From the NCBI GenBank assembly GCA_023423285.1, contig JAFAFV010000214.1, positions 53,285-117,284 on the forward strand: DNA of 64,000 nucleotides, given 5' to 3'. Positions 48,705 through 58,971 of this stretch are shown here, in pieces; position 1 is the stretch's first letter, and each line of letters opens with the position of its first letter. This DNA is from Bacteroidota bacterium. GTDB lineage: Bacteria; Bacteroidota; Bacteroidia; Chitinophagales; Chitinophagaceae. The notes beneath the pieces are model-generated. The model saw nothing but the letters and a program-made list of their open reading frames with translations. It searched no databases and had not been told where the DNA came from. The translations under genes and the position numbers were made by a program.

Positions 48705-50213
48705 TTACGGTAAAATTTTTCCTATATAATATAATTGCGGGTTAGAAAGTTCTACTGCAATCCTTTCTGATAAAGTAAAAATATAAGGCGACCCTAACCC
48801 AATGCCAAGCGAAACGATTGCAAGAAAAACAATGGGCAAAACGTAACCCACACGCTTTTGACCCCGCAACTCTTTAAAATAAATAAACTTTTCTTTAGGA
48901 ATAGCGTATCCCGGACTTTTTTTCCAAAACACCTCCGCCCAAATGCGCGCTACGATGATGAGGGTAGCAATGCTGCCTGCTATTAAAGTTACTAAATAAA
49001 AATAATTACCTTTTTCTAATGCGCCCTGCATTAAAAGAATTTTTGGCCAAAAGCCAGATAGGGGCGGAACACCAATAAGGGAAAGCAAAGGCACGGCGGC
49101 CAGTAAAGCAATCTGTGGATATTTGCCATACAAACCGCCCAGTTCGTTAAGCTGGTAGCTTCCTTTAATTTTAAATATTAGCCCTGAAACCATAAAAATA
49201 TTCGTTTTCACAATGATGTCATGTATGAGGTAAAACATGACGCCAGCCAGCGCCGCTTTATTAAACAAACCAAAGCCGCCGATCATATATCCAATATGGC
49301 AAATAATAAGGTAGCCAAAAATACGGACGATGTTTTTCTGTGCAACGGCTCCCAGAGCTCCCAGCAAAATGGTGATGCCACCTAACATAATAAAGATATT
49401 GTTCATTAATGTCAGATCAGTAAATATTAGTGAAAACATTCTGATGATGGCATAAACACCCACTTTTGTTAGCAGACCGCCAAAAATAGCCGTAACAGAA
49501 GACGGCGGCGTATGGTAAGCAGCAGGCAGCCAGTAGTACAACGGAAACAGACCCGATTTGATTCCAAATCCTATAAGAAAGAAGATGGCGCAAATTTCTT
49601 TTAGCCCACTGTTAACTGTTTTCATTTTTAAAGCCACATCAGCCATATTAAGCGTGCCGGTAAGGCCATACAAAATGCCAAGCCCTGTAAGAAATATGGT
49701 TGAAGCCAAAAAATTGAGTGTAAAATATTTTACTGTGGCCTCCAACTGTTTTTTTTCTGCGCCCAGGCTCAGCAGCACAAAAGAGCTCATGATCATGATC
49801 TCAAACCAAACGTAAAGGTTAAAAGCATCGCCCGTTAAAAATGAACCATTAATACCTAATAGCAAAAATTGAAATACCGTATAAAAACCATACTTCATGC
49901 GTGGGCGTAAAACAGAAGCTCCGGCATAAACACTAACGGCAAGTCCCGACAAAGATGCCAGCAAAAGCATAGTGGCGGAAAATGTGTCAAGCACAAAGCT
50001 GATCCCGAAAGGTGCATCCCAGTTAGCTGCCTGTACAACCGTGGTGCCGTTTTGCCACACATAGCTAAGCAGGAAAATCGCTTCAGCAGCAATGATCACG
50101 TTACCAATAATGCTTATTATTCTTTGTACATTTACCCTGCTCCAGGCGCCAAATAAAAAGCAGATAAGAACCAGGTGTGTAATGATCGTAATTATGATGA
50201 TGCTCGCACTCAT
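48705..50213 (-). CDS. mrpD: Mrp antiporter subunit D
   Basis: TGDAFNLYVWFE, KSGLFPL..WLP, LTKVG and GVPPLSGF.PK motifs. Confidence 0.93.
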   Translation of the reverse strand: MSASIIIITIITHLVLICFLFGAWSRVNVQRIISIIGNVIIAAEAIFLLSYVWQNGTTVVQAANWDAPFGISFVLDTFSATMLLLASLSGLAVSVYAGASVLRPRMKYGFYTVFQFLLLGINGSFLTGDAFNLYVWFEIMIMSSFVLLSLGAEKKQLEATVKYFTLNFLASTIFLTGLGILYGLTGTLNMADVALKMKTVNSGLKEICAIFFLIGFGIKSGLFPLYYWLPAAYHTPPSSVTAIFGGLLTKVGVYAIIRMFSLIFTDLTLMNNIFIMLGGITILLGALGAVAQKNIVRIFGYLIICHIGYMIGGFGLFNKAALAGVMFYLIHDIIVKTNIFMVSGLIFKIKGSYQLNELGGLYGKYPQIALLAAVPLLSLIGVPPLSGFWPKILLMQGALEKGNYFYLVTLIAGSIATLIIVARIWAEVFWKKSPGYAIPKEKFIYFKELRGQKRVGYVLPIVFLAIVSLGIGLGSPYIFTLSERIAVELSNPQLYYIGKILP

Positions 50214-50563
50214 TCAGTATAGTCTGTTATATTCAGGTCATCAATATCATCTGTTTCAAAATCTTTATACATTCTTTTTACCAGTACTATGGCAAAAGAC
50301 TGCATGCCAAAGCCTATCACAATGGCAGTTAGTATTAGCGCCTGCGGCACGGGATCTGCAAATACAGCTTTTATAATATGATCGTTAGCGCCAATAATAG
50401 CAGGGCTCCCTTTCACAAGCCGCCCCAATAAAAAAATAAGCAGGTTAGCGCCATTGCCAATCAGCATCACGCCAAAGATCAGTTTGGCAAAACTGCGGCT
50501 CATCATCAGGTAAATGCCTGATGCGTATAATAATCCTATGGTTATTGCCAGTAATAATTCCAT
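50210..50563 (-). CDS. mrpC: Mrp antiporter subunit C
   Basis: [16 protein letters not shown] motif. Confidence 0.95.
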   Translation of the reverse strand: MELLLAITIGLLYASGIYLMMSRSFAKLIFGVMLIGNGANLLIFLLGRLVKGSPAIIGANDHIIKAVFADPVPQALILTAIVIGFGMQSFAIVLVKRMYKDFETDDIDDLNITDYTE

Positions 50564-50982
50564 TATTCTTCCACGCTTTGTGCAATGCTTAAAATAATTG
50601 TGAGTGAAGTGCCGATAACTACCAGGTATACCCCGGTATCAAAAAAAAGAGATGAGCCCAGCAGGCCAATCACAGGCAGCGGCTTATCATACCACAACCC
50701 GGTCATAATAGGCAGATCAGCAAAAATGACGGGCGCTATGGCACTGGCCACTGCCAGAAATAGACCCACGCTCATAATGGTTCCGGGGTGATAACGCAGA
50801 AGTGTTTGCGTTTTTGACAACCCGTTGGAAAATCCATCAAGAATAAAAGCGATGCTGGCAATTAGCCCGCCAATAAAACCGCCGCCTGGCAAGTAATGGC
50901 CTCTTAACAGAATAAATACTGAAAAGATCAATAAAACCGGTAGTAAAAACTTAGTAGCTGTTTTAAGAATAATGCTCCGCAT
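50563..50982 (-). CDS. mrpB: Mrp antiporter subunit B
   Basis: [13 protein letters not shown] and FDTGVY motifs. Confidence 0.93.
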   Translation of the reverse strand: MRSIILKTATKFLLPVLLIFSVFILLRGHYLPGGGFIGGLIASIAFILDGFSNGLSKTQTLLRYHPGTIMSVGLFLAVASAIAPVIFADLPIMTGLWYDKPLPVIGLLGSSLFFDTGVYLVVIGTSLTIILSIAQSVEE

Positions 50983-50985
50983 AGC

Positions 50986-53280
50986 TTAATAAGATTCTTT
51001 TAAACTGATTTTTAGTAATGAGTAAACGCCCAGGGCAGCCACTATCAATACACAAATTTCTATCAGCGTATCAATACCTCTGAAATCAACCAGTAACACA
51101 TTTACAATGTTTTTCCCTTTTGCCATAGTATAGGCATTGGCAGAATAAAAATCAGACACTTCAGTATTGATAGGCTCATTCAATATTTTCAAACAAATAA
51201 ATGTGATGGTTGCGCCAAACATCGTGGCCAGTATCATACCTGAAATCCTGGGCCCGTCTTTATGCTGTTTTAATATTTTAGGCATCCTGAACAATACAAA
51301 TACAAACAATATTACGGTAAGAATATCTACAGAGAACTGGGTCATGGCCAGGTCGGGGGCTGAATAAAATACAAAAATCGAACAAATGGAAAAACCAAGA
51401 ATTCCCAAGGCGCTTACCGAAACCAGCCTTGATCGGGAAGCAAGCGTAGTGATAATTGCCACCATCATAATGGCCACGATCGTAAATTCGTATAGCGTTA
51501 GAGTTCCAAAATTTTCGGGATCCAGTTTTATCGAAAAATGATTAAAGATCACGTAAAGCAACAGTGCCAGCATAAATGCCATAGTTACAAACACGTATTT
51601 GCGTAAATAACCATTTTGTACAATTCTTGTAATGCTTCTGGCCGATGTTTTTAAAAATTGAACCACGTTTTGAAAAACCTGCTCGGGCGTAAAAGGGTTG
51701 TACCTGTTTACAAAATGTTGAATTTTACCAGTACTCCTAACCATAAAAAAGAGGAACAAACCGCCGACTATCGTAATCGCGCTCAGCAGTAAAACCTGGT
51801 TAAAGCCGTGCCATAGTTTGATATGATAATCAAAATTTTGAGTCAGGAATGCAATGGCAGGTTTTAAAAGATTATTTTCTACAACGCCAGGTACCAGCCC
51901 AAATAAAACACCCAGCAAGGATAAAATAAGTGGTGGCACCCACATGCTTGCAGCTGGCAGGTGTACTTTTTGAAATCGCTCTGGTAATTTACCTGTAAAT
52001 GGCCTTACGCCAGCAGCAAAACCTCCGTAAAACAAGAATATATTAGTAACTACTGCCGCAGCAGTTATTATAATAGAAGCGTTAGAGTTGAGCGAGGCTT
52101 CATAAATCAGGTCTTTACTAATAAAACCAAAACTGGGGGGCACTCCACCACTTACAATGGCTGCTGCAAAGCCGGCAATAGCCACGGGCATCAACACATG
52201 TCTAAGGCCTGCCAACTGGTTGATATCTCGGGTGCCGGTTTCATGGTCAATAATGCCGGTAATTAAAAACAAAGCAGCTTTATACAACGCGTGTGTGATT
52301 ATAAATGTGACCGCAGCCAGAATTGCAGCATCAGTGCCCAGCCCGATAAGAAAAATCATAATACCCAGCGAAGCTACTGTTGTATAAGCTAAAATGGCTT
52401 TTAGGTCAGATTTATAAATAACGGTTACAGCCGCGTACACCATGGTAATGCCACCCACAATCGTAAGTGTTTGATTCCACAAATCTGTATTTCCCAAAAG
52501 CGGTGTAAACCGCAGCAGTAAATACACGCCTGCTTTTACCATGGTGGCAGAGTGCAGGTAAGTAGAAACAGGGGTTGGCGCCTTCATGGCGCCGGGCAGC
52601 CAGAAATGAAATGGGAACTGTGCCGATTTGGTAAAAGCCGCAAAAAAAAATAAAATTGCAATGACAGGGTAGAAGCCGCTGTTCACAATCATGTCCCGCT
52701 GGCTGAGCATGGCAGAAATATCATAAGTGCCGCTGACAATGCCAAGCAAAACAATACCTGCCAGCAATAAAAAACCTCCCGAACCGGTGATGAGCAGGGC
52801 CGTAAGTGCCGATTTTCTGGAAGGGCCTTCTTCGTTATTAAAACCAATTAAGAAGAAAGAACTGATGCTGGTAAGTTCCCAAAAAATAAACAGCGTAATT
52901 AAGTTATCGGCCAGTACCATACCCAGCATGGCCGCCATAAAAATGCTCAGGTACATGTAAAACCGTTCTAAATACCTGTGGCCTTTTAAATAAGATGATG
53001 TGTACCAGAAAACGAGCGCGCCTATTCCAGAAATCATTAAAGTAAAAATGAGCGACAGTCCATCGAGCCGGAAACTAAAGTTGATGCCTAATTGGGGCAC
53101 CCACTGAAAAGTTTCAGTATAATAGCCTGCTGATTTAACCTCAGGTATTTTACTTAGGAACCAGATAAATGATCCTAATGGTAGTATGGTAAGAATGTAC
53201 GGAAATATATTTTTAGCGAACCTGCCCCATAAAAGCAAAACAAAACCTGATACAATACATAAGATAATTATGAATAGCAT
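50986..53280 (-). CDS. mrpA: Mrp antiporter subunit A
   Basis: FWELTSISSF, TKSAQFPFHFWLPGAM.APTPVS.YLHSATMVKAG, APDLA.TQ and NIVNV.LVDFRG.DT motifs. Confidence 0.96.
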   Translation of the reverse strand: MLFIIILCIVSGFVLLLWGRFAKNIFPYILTILPLGSFIWFLSKIPEVKSAGYYTETFQWVPQLGINFSFRLDGLSLIFTLMISGIGALVFWYTSSYLKGHRYLERFYMYLSIFMAAMLGMVLADNLITLFIFWELTSISSFFLIGFNNEEGPSRKSALTALLITGSGGFLLLAGIVLLGIVSGTYDISAMLSQRDMIVNSGFYPVIAILFFFAAFTKSAQFPFHFWLPGAMKAPTPVSTYLHSATMVKAGVYLLLRFTPLLGNTDLWNQTLTIVGGITMVYAAVTVIYKSDLKAILAYTTVASLGIMIFLIGLGTDAAILAAVTFIITHALYKAALFLITGIIDHETGTRDINQLAGLRHVLMPVAIAGFAAAIVSGGVPPSFGFISKDLIYEASLNSNASIIITAAAVVTNIFLFYGGFAAGVRPFTGKLPERFQKVHLPAASMWVPPLILSLLGVLFGLVPGVVENNLLKPAIAFLTQNFDYHIKLWHGFNQVLLLSAITIVGGLFLFFMVRSTGKIQHFVNRYNPFTPEQVFQNVVQFLKTSARSITRIVQNGYLRKYVFVTMAFMLALLLYVIFNHFSIKLDPENFGTLTLYEFTIVAIMMVAIITTLASRSRLVSVSALGILGFSICSIFVFYSAPDLAMTQFSVDILTVILFVFVLFRMPKILKQHKDGPRISGMILATMFGATITFICLKILNEPINTEVSDFYSANAYTMAKGKNIVNVLLVDFRGIDTLIEICVLIVAALGVYSLLKISLKESY

Positions 53281-53286
53281 AGGCTA

Positions 53287-53294
53287 CAAATATA
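53287..53294 (-). promoter_or_regulatory. -7 promoter element for the mrp operon
   Basis: TATATTTG on the - strand, 6 nt before the mrpA ATG. Confidence 0.6.
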
Positions 53295-53336
53295 GGTTTT
53301 GATTCTTTTTTACAAAAGGTTTTTTGTAGTGCGCTT

Positions 53337-54578
53337 TCATTGCCTGATATGGCCTTTTCCCTGTACGATCCACTTTTCCGTAACCAGTTTTTCCAGTGCA
53401 AAAGGTCCTCGGGCGTGTAACTTTTGTGTAGAAATACCAATTTCGGCGCCCAGTCCAAATTCCTCCCCATCGGTAAAGCGGGTAGAAGCATTCGTGTACA
53501 CGGCAGCAGCATCCACTTCATTTACAAAACGCTCGCAGGCTTTTTTATTGCCCGATACGATGGCTTCAGAATGTTTGGTTGAATATTGAGCAATATGGTC
53601 CAGGGCTTCATCAATATCTTTCACGGTTTTTACCGCACATTTTAAGGATAAGAACTCCCTGCCAAAATCATCTTTTTTTGCTTTTTTAAGATGCGGAAAA
53701 CCTTTTAATAATTTATACGATGTGGCATCTGCAAAAATTTCCACGTTATGTTTTTCAAATTCCTGCGATAGCAGCGGAAGAAAAGCTGGCGCAATGGCCT
53801 TATCTACAAGTATGGCATCAGCGGCATTACAAACAGATGGTCTGCTAACTTTGGCATTCACAGCAATGTTTACGGCATCATCAAGATTTGCCGTTTTTTC
53901 AATATACACGTGGCATACGCCCGCCCCGGTTTCAATCACCGGTACAAGGCTGTTCTGGCGCACAAAATTGATCAGTCCTTCAGAGCCTCGTGGGATCAAT
54001 ACATCCAGGTATCGCGTGGCAGTAAACATTTCCTGCACAATTTCTCTTTTTGGTGGCAACAACGTTACCGTGGCGGCATCAAGCCCAAAGTCTTTTAATA
54101 CTTGTTGTATAATGCCCGCCGATACTTTATTGGTATGCTGCGCATCGCTGCTGCCTTTTAGCACGCAGGCGTTGCGGCTGCGTAGACAAAGTGCAGCTAT
54201 GTCATAGGTTACATTAGGCCGGCTTTCATAAATAGAACCCACCACGCCCAATGGCACCGCCACTTTTTTCAACTGTAACCCGTTTGGTAAAGTACGCTCC
54301 ATTAAAACCGCCCCGGTCGGGTCTGGCAGCGAAGCTATATTTTTAATACTGCCGGCAATAGCTTTCAGGCGCTGCGCGTTTAGCATCAGCCTGTCGTTCT
54401 TAGGGTCATCAACATCTTTAGCTGCGAGATCTTTTTGGTTGGCTTGCAATATGGCTACTTCATTAAAAAGAATAGCATCTGCCAATGCGCGCAACATTTT
54501 TTTTAAATGCTTTTCCGGTAATTGCTGCAAAGCTGTTTTGGCTTTATTGGCTTTCTTTAAAGAATTTTCTATTGACAT
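53337..54578 (-). CDS. proA: Gamma-glutamyl phosphate reductase
   Basis: YESRPNVT, IPRG, PSVCNA and NASTRFTDG.EFGLGAEIGISTQKLHARGP motifs. Confidence 0.97.
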   Translation of the reverse strand: MSIENSLKKANKAKTALQQLPEKHLKKMLRALADAILFNEVAILQANQKDLAAKDVDDPKNDRLMLNAQRLKAIAGSIKNIASLPDPTGAVLMERTLPNGLQLKKVAVPLGVVGSIYESRPNVTYDIAALCLRSRNACVLKGSSDAQHTNKVSAGIIQQVLKDFGLDAATVTLLPPKREIVQEMFTATRYLDVLIPRGSEGLINFVRQNSLVPVIETGAGVCHVYIEKTANLDDAVNIAVNAKVSRPSVCNAADAILVDKAIAPAFLPLLSQEFEKHNVEIFADATSYKLLKGFPHLKKAKKDDFGREFLSLKCAVKTVKDIDEALDHIAQYSTKHSEAIVSGNKKACERFVNEVDAAAVYTNASTRFTDGEEFGLGAEIGISTQKLHARGPFALEKLVTEKWIVQGKGHIRQ

Positions 54579-54671
54579 GGATTTTCAGTTTTTAAAAAGC
54601 AGCATTAAAAATTTATGTGATAAGATGCTGCAATATTATGATTGTTGCTGAACGGGTAAAGTAATGAAAAA

Positions 54672-55703
54672 TTATAAAAGCACAATGTCATTGGCGTGTG
54701 CGGCAATAACATTCTTTTCTTTCAAAGATTTTCTCAGGTCTGTGGCTGAAAGTTTTGTTTTGGCAACACCTACAATTAAATCTTCACTCATCAGTTGCAC
54801 TACTTCGTTAGCGGCAAAACTGCCTTCAACATTTGCAATGCCAACAGTTAAAAGGCTTTTGCGACGTGTGATGGCGTTTGCGGCACCTTTATCAAGATGC
54901 ACATTGCCAAGCGTGATTGAACCGCTGGCCAGCCATTTTTGCCTGTTTTTTAAAGTAGATTTTTTAGGCGTAAAATGAGTGCCGTTCTTTTGATTGAGCG
55001 CTTCGGTAAATGGAAACTTGTTCTTCAGCCCGCACATAATGACATGAATGCCCAGGCTCGTAGCCAGCTTGGTAAAAGTAAGTTTGGAAAGCATACCACC
55101 CAGGCCGGTTTCAGATTTTTTATGGCTTACCAGTGCCAGCGTTTCTTTACTTATTGCTGTAACTTCTTTTACAATTTTTTGTGAAGCGTCCAGCAAGCCG
55201 CCAACCGATGTACAGAGAATCAGGGTTTGCGCATCAAAAGCAATGGCCAGCAGGGTTGCCAACTCGTCATTATCAGAAAATTTTAATTCCCGGTCACTGA
55301 TCACATCGTTTTCGTTTACAACGGGTATTACATCATTTTGCCAGAAAGTAGTGAACGTGTCTTTTAATTGTAAAAATTGTTTGCGGTTGCTGAAATGGCC
55401 GCGTTCACATAGCGCCTGCGCTACCGTAAGGCCGTGCTTTTGAAAATAATTTCTGTACAACTCAATCAGTATCGGGTTCCCTATGGCGGCGGCTACTTTG
55501 CGTTGCAGCAAAGTGCCTTTATAATGTTTTAAATATTTTTTGCCGCTGCTTACGGCGCCACTGCTTACCAGCACTACTTTGTATTGACTTGTTAACTGCT
55601 TGATGTCAGCAACAATTTTTCTGATCACAGCTTTGTTAATATTGCCACTGCTATTGGTAATAACAGCCGATCCTAATTTAATAACTAATACTTTTCGTTG
55701 CAT
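54672..55703 (-). CDS. proB: Glutamate 5-kinase
   Basis: VIKLGS, VSSGAV, NEND, FSDND and GLGGM.SK motifs; PUA-like C-terminus. Confidence 0.96.
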   Translation of the reverse strand: MQRKVLVIKLGSAVITNSSGNINKAVIRKIVADIKQLTSQYKVVLVSSGAVSSGKKYLKHYKGTLLQRKVAAAIGNPILIELYRNYFQKHGLTVAQALCERGHFSNRKQFLQLKDTFTTFWQNDVIPVVNENDVISDRELKFSDNDELATLLAIAFDAQTLILCTSVGGLLDASQKIVKEVTAISKETLALVSHKKSETGLGGMLSKLTFTKLATSLGIHVIMCGLKNKFPFTEALNQKNGTHFTPKKSTLKNRQKWLASGSITLGNVHLDKGAANAITRRKSLLTVGIANVEGSFAANEVVQLMSEDLIVGVAKTKLSATDLRKSLKEKNVIAAHANDIVLL

Positions 55704-55744
55704 TTTTATGAGGTGTGGTAATTAGCGATATACGTTTTTAAAGG

Positions 55745-58027
55745 TTATTTCGCTTTTTGAGGTGTGGATATTTCAGTAATTTTTTTTCTGTCGCCAACAA
55801 TCCATAAAATATCATCCCATTCTAAAACCGTTGTAGATTCCGGATTGAGGATGCGTTCGCCATTGCGCTCTATGCCAATGATGATGCCATTGGTGAGCTG
55901 CCTGATGCCAGAGTCTCTGATAGTTTTGCCTTTTAGCCTGTTGTGTTCATCAACATGAAGCGTTTGCAGTGTAATATCAATAAATGCCATCGAATCTACC
56001 TTAATAGGTTCAGTGCTGTCGAAAATGGGCTTAAACACTTTTAACTGATCATCTGTGGCAATAATTCCTGCGCGATCGTAGGGCAGCAGGCGATTGTGCC
56101 TTCCGGGCACATGGATCAGTTGTTCTCCCCGCTTGATGTAAGCGATGTTAATGCCGTAATTTTCACGCCATGCAAGGTCTACCAAAGGGCTGCCAACAAA
56201 GGTAGCCAGCGGGTTTACTTCCATCTCCACAATATGAGCATCCCACGCTTCCAGTCCTGTATCAATGCGGGTTTGCGGCAGCTTTTGTAAATTTTCCTTC
56301 AACACTTTATTTTTTTCCTGCTCTTCACGCTCATTAAGGTTGAAAATAAAACGCCTCTCTATGCGATTGTAAAACTTTTGAATATTTCTTGAAAAAAGAA
56401 TCAGAATTAGTATTGTAACAGGAATAACCGTTAAGAATGCAATTTTTGACGACGCCAGTGTTTGTACCCAGAAACCGATAAATAAAATACCGATGATGAT
56501 CCTCAGTAGCTCCAGCGTTAGTAGCGGACCGCGGTTATATTTTTTGTTCATCCAAAGTTCTTTGTAGGCCTGGCTGCCTGGTTTTTGCGCCATAATAGCC
56601 CATAAAAAAGGCGAGGCGGCAGCAAGGGTTACAATTAAAACAATAACAAGTTGCCACGGGCCTTCTGGCACATTTTCAATAATTAGAGGCACTAAAAACT
56701 TACTGGATAAAAGGAACAGGCCCAACAATATGATCCCATTGGTTAAAAGTATTTTGCCATAGCCTTTCAGCACAATTCTCCATTCACTTTCCGATTGGAT
56801 GCTTTGGGCGCTGGATGAGTATCGGTTGAGTTTTTGCACCCACTTACCAGGCAACTTCTTTTCAATATAATTATAAAAGGGTTCAGAAAATTTGATAAGA
56901 TAAGGTGTGGTAAAAGTAGTAATAGCCGATGCGCCAACAGCTACCGGAAACAGGAAATCTGAAATTACACCCAGTGATAAACCCAGGGCGGCCACGATGA
57001 AAGCAAACTCTCCAATTTGCGCCATGCTCATACCCACCTGAACAGACTGCTTTAAAGGCTGCCCGGCCAGCACAGCACCCAGCGTGGTGCTAAATAGTTT
57101 TCCAAATAGAGTTAATGCCGTTACTGCTGCAATGGGCCAGGCATAAGTAACCATGTACTGCGGATCTATCATCATACCAACCGATACGAAGAATACAGCG
57201 CCAAAAAGGTCTTTAACCGGCTTGATGATGTGCTCCACTCTTTCGGCAGAAGTGGTTTCCGCAATGATCGAGCCCATAATAAATGCGCCCAGTTCTGCAG
57301 AAAAACCAACCTGTACCGCAAGAAAAACCATGCCCAGGCAAAGGCCTACCGATAGAATAAGAAGCGTTTCATCATCGAGCATTTGCCGTGCCCTTTTTAA
57401 AAAAGTGGGCAGCAGAAAGATGCCTACAATAAACCAAATGGCAAGAAAGAAAAGCAGTTTCCCAATAGTGAAAAGTATTTCAGCGCCTTCAAAATCGCGC
57501 GTTACAGAAATGGTTGAGAGTAATACCATTAGCAATATCACCACAATATCTTCTATTACCAACACTCCAAACACAATGCGGGCAAACTGTCGGGTTTTTA
57601 CTCCCAGATCGTCAAAAGCTTTAATAATAATTGTAGTTGAAGAACTTGCTAGCATGCCTCCCAGGAACATGCTGTCCATATTGCCCCAGCCCAGCACCTT
57701 GCCCGTAAAATACCCGGCAATGGTAATGAAAATAATTTCAACAAATGCGGTAATGGAAGCAGAGCCGCCCACCCGCATCAATTTTTTAAAGCTAAACTCA
57801 AGCCCTAGGCTGAACAATAAAAAGATTACACCTATATCAGCCAGTGTTTTTACGTTGGCTGCATCGGCAACAGAAGGAGTGAGTTTAAAGTAAGGGCCAA
57901 CCAAAAATCCTGCAATGATGTACCCCAATACAAGGGGCTGTTTAATTTTTTTAAACAGTATTGTTACTATGGCCCCTGCCATAAGTATCAACGCAAGATC
58001 CTCTATAAGTTTTGGTAAATGACCCAT
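55745..58027 (-). CDS. Cation:proton antiporter (CPA2/Kef-like) with two RCK_C (TrkA-C) domains
   Basis: LFSLGLEFS, SSTTII, GVLVIED, LGAFIMG and QIGEFAF motifs; tandem C-terminal RCK_C-like segments. Confidence 0.9.
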   Translation of the reverse strand: MGHLPKLIEDLALILMAGAIVTILFKKIKQPLVLGYIIAGFLVGPYFKLTPSVADAANVKTLADIGVIFLLFSLGLEFSFKKLMRVGGSASITAFVEIIFITIAGYFTGKVLGWGNMDSMFLGGMLASSSTTIIIKAFDDLGVKTRQFARIVFGVLVIEDIVVILLMVLLSTISVTRDFEGAEILFTIGKLLFFLAIWFIVGIFLLPTFLKRARQMLDDETLLILSVGLCLGMVFLAVQVGFSAELGAFIMGSIIAETTSAERVEHIIKPVKDLFGAVFFVSVGMMIDPQYMVTYAWPIAAVTALTLFGKLFSTTLGAVLAGQPLKQSVQVGMSMAQIGEFAFIVAALGLSLGVISDFLFPVAVGASAITTFTTPYLIKFSEPFYNYIEKKLPGKWVQKLNRYSSSAQSIQSESEWRIVLKGYGKILLTNGIILLGLFLLSSKFLVPLIIENVPEGPWQLVIVLIVTLAAASPFLWAIMAQKPGSQAYKELWMNKKYNRGPLLTLELLRIIIGILFIGFWVQTLASSKIAFLTVIPVTILILILFSRNIQKFYNRIERRFIFNLNEREEQEKNKVLKENLQKLPQTRIDTGLEAWDAHIVEMEVNPLATFVGSPLVDLAWRENYGINIAYIKRGEQLIHVPGRHNRLLPYDRAGIIATDDQLKVFKPIFDSTEPIKVDSMAFIDITLQTLHVDEHNRLKGKTIRDSGIRQLTNGIIIGIERNGERILNPESTTVLEWDDILWIVGDRKKITEISTPQKAK

Positions 58028-58098
58028 TCAAATGTTGTTTAGCTAACCGGCAAAAAATAATAAAAAATCCTGAAAGGGCTTTCAATTATTTTATATAC

Positions 58099-58920
58099 TT
58101 AAAGCACGGCATGCCTGATTCTTAGCAACTGCTGTAAAAGCTCTTCGAGTAAACTGAGTTTTAGCATATTCGCCCCATCGCTTTTAGCAACCGCAGGGTT
58201 GGGATGTGTTTCAATAAAAAGTCCGTCAGCGCCAGCCGCAATAGCCGCTTTGGCAATGGTACTGATCATGGCAGGATTGCCGCCGGTAACACCGCTGGTT
58301 TGATTAGGTTGCTGCAGGCTGTGTGTGCAATCCATAATTACGGGAACGCCGTGCTGCTTCATCCAGGGGATATTGCGATAGTCAACCACCAGGTCGGTAT
58401 ACCCAAAACTGTTGCCACGCTCAGTAAGCATAACTTTCGGATTGCCTGCATTCTTTATTTTTTCTACGGCAAACTTCATGGATTGCCCGCTGAGAAACTG
58501 TCCTTTTTTCACGTTGATAATTTTGCCGGTTTGGGCTGCTGCTTCCAGCAAATCGGTTTGCCTGCAAAGAAAGGCAGGTATCTGCAGCATATCCACATAC
58601 TTCGCTGCCATTGCCGCTTCTTCCACAGTATGTATATCTGTAACAGTTGGTATATTAAAAGTATCAGAAGCTTTTTTAATCAATTTTAAAGCTGCGTTAT
58701 CACCTATGCCGGTAAAGGATGCGGCGTTGGTACGATTAGCTTTTCGGTAAGATGATTTAAAAACAAACGGAATGCCCAGTTGCCTGCAAACCGTTGAAAC
58801 CTTTACGGCTGTTTGCATTACCACATCTTCATTTTCCACCACACATGGACCTGCAATAATGAAAAAGCTGTTGCTATCATAATCCTGATCTTTAAAAAGT
58901 TCCTTTAAATATTTTTCCAT
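58099..58920 (-). CDS. kdsA: KDO 8-phosphate synthase
   Basis: AGPCVVE, KANRT, QIPAFLCRQTDL, KKGQF, ERG, D.THS and KSDG motifs. Confidence 0.97.
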   Translation of the reverse strand: MEKYLKELFKDQDYDSNSFFIIAGPCVVENEDVVMQTAVKVSTVCRQLGIPFVFKSSYRKANRTNAASFTGIGDNAALKLIKKASDTFNIPTVTDIHTVEEAAMAAKYVDMLQIPAFLCRQTDLLEAAAQTGKIINVKKGQFLSGQSMKFAVEKIKNAGNPKVMLTERGNSFGYTDLVVDYRNIPWMKQHGVPVIMDCTHSLQQPNQTSGVTGGNPAMISTIAKAAIAAGADGLFIETHPNPAVAKSDGANMLKLSLLEELLQQLLRIRHAVL

Positions 58921-58971
58921 CAAACAAAGATAAGAAAGGCGTGACTGAATTGCTGGTGTCAGTCACTTTTA

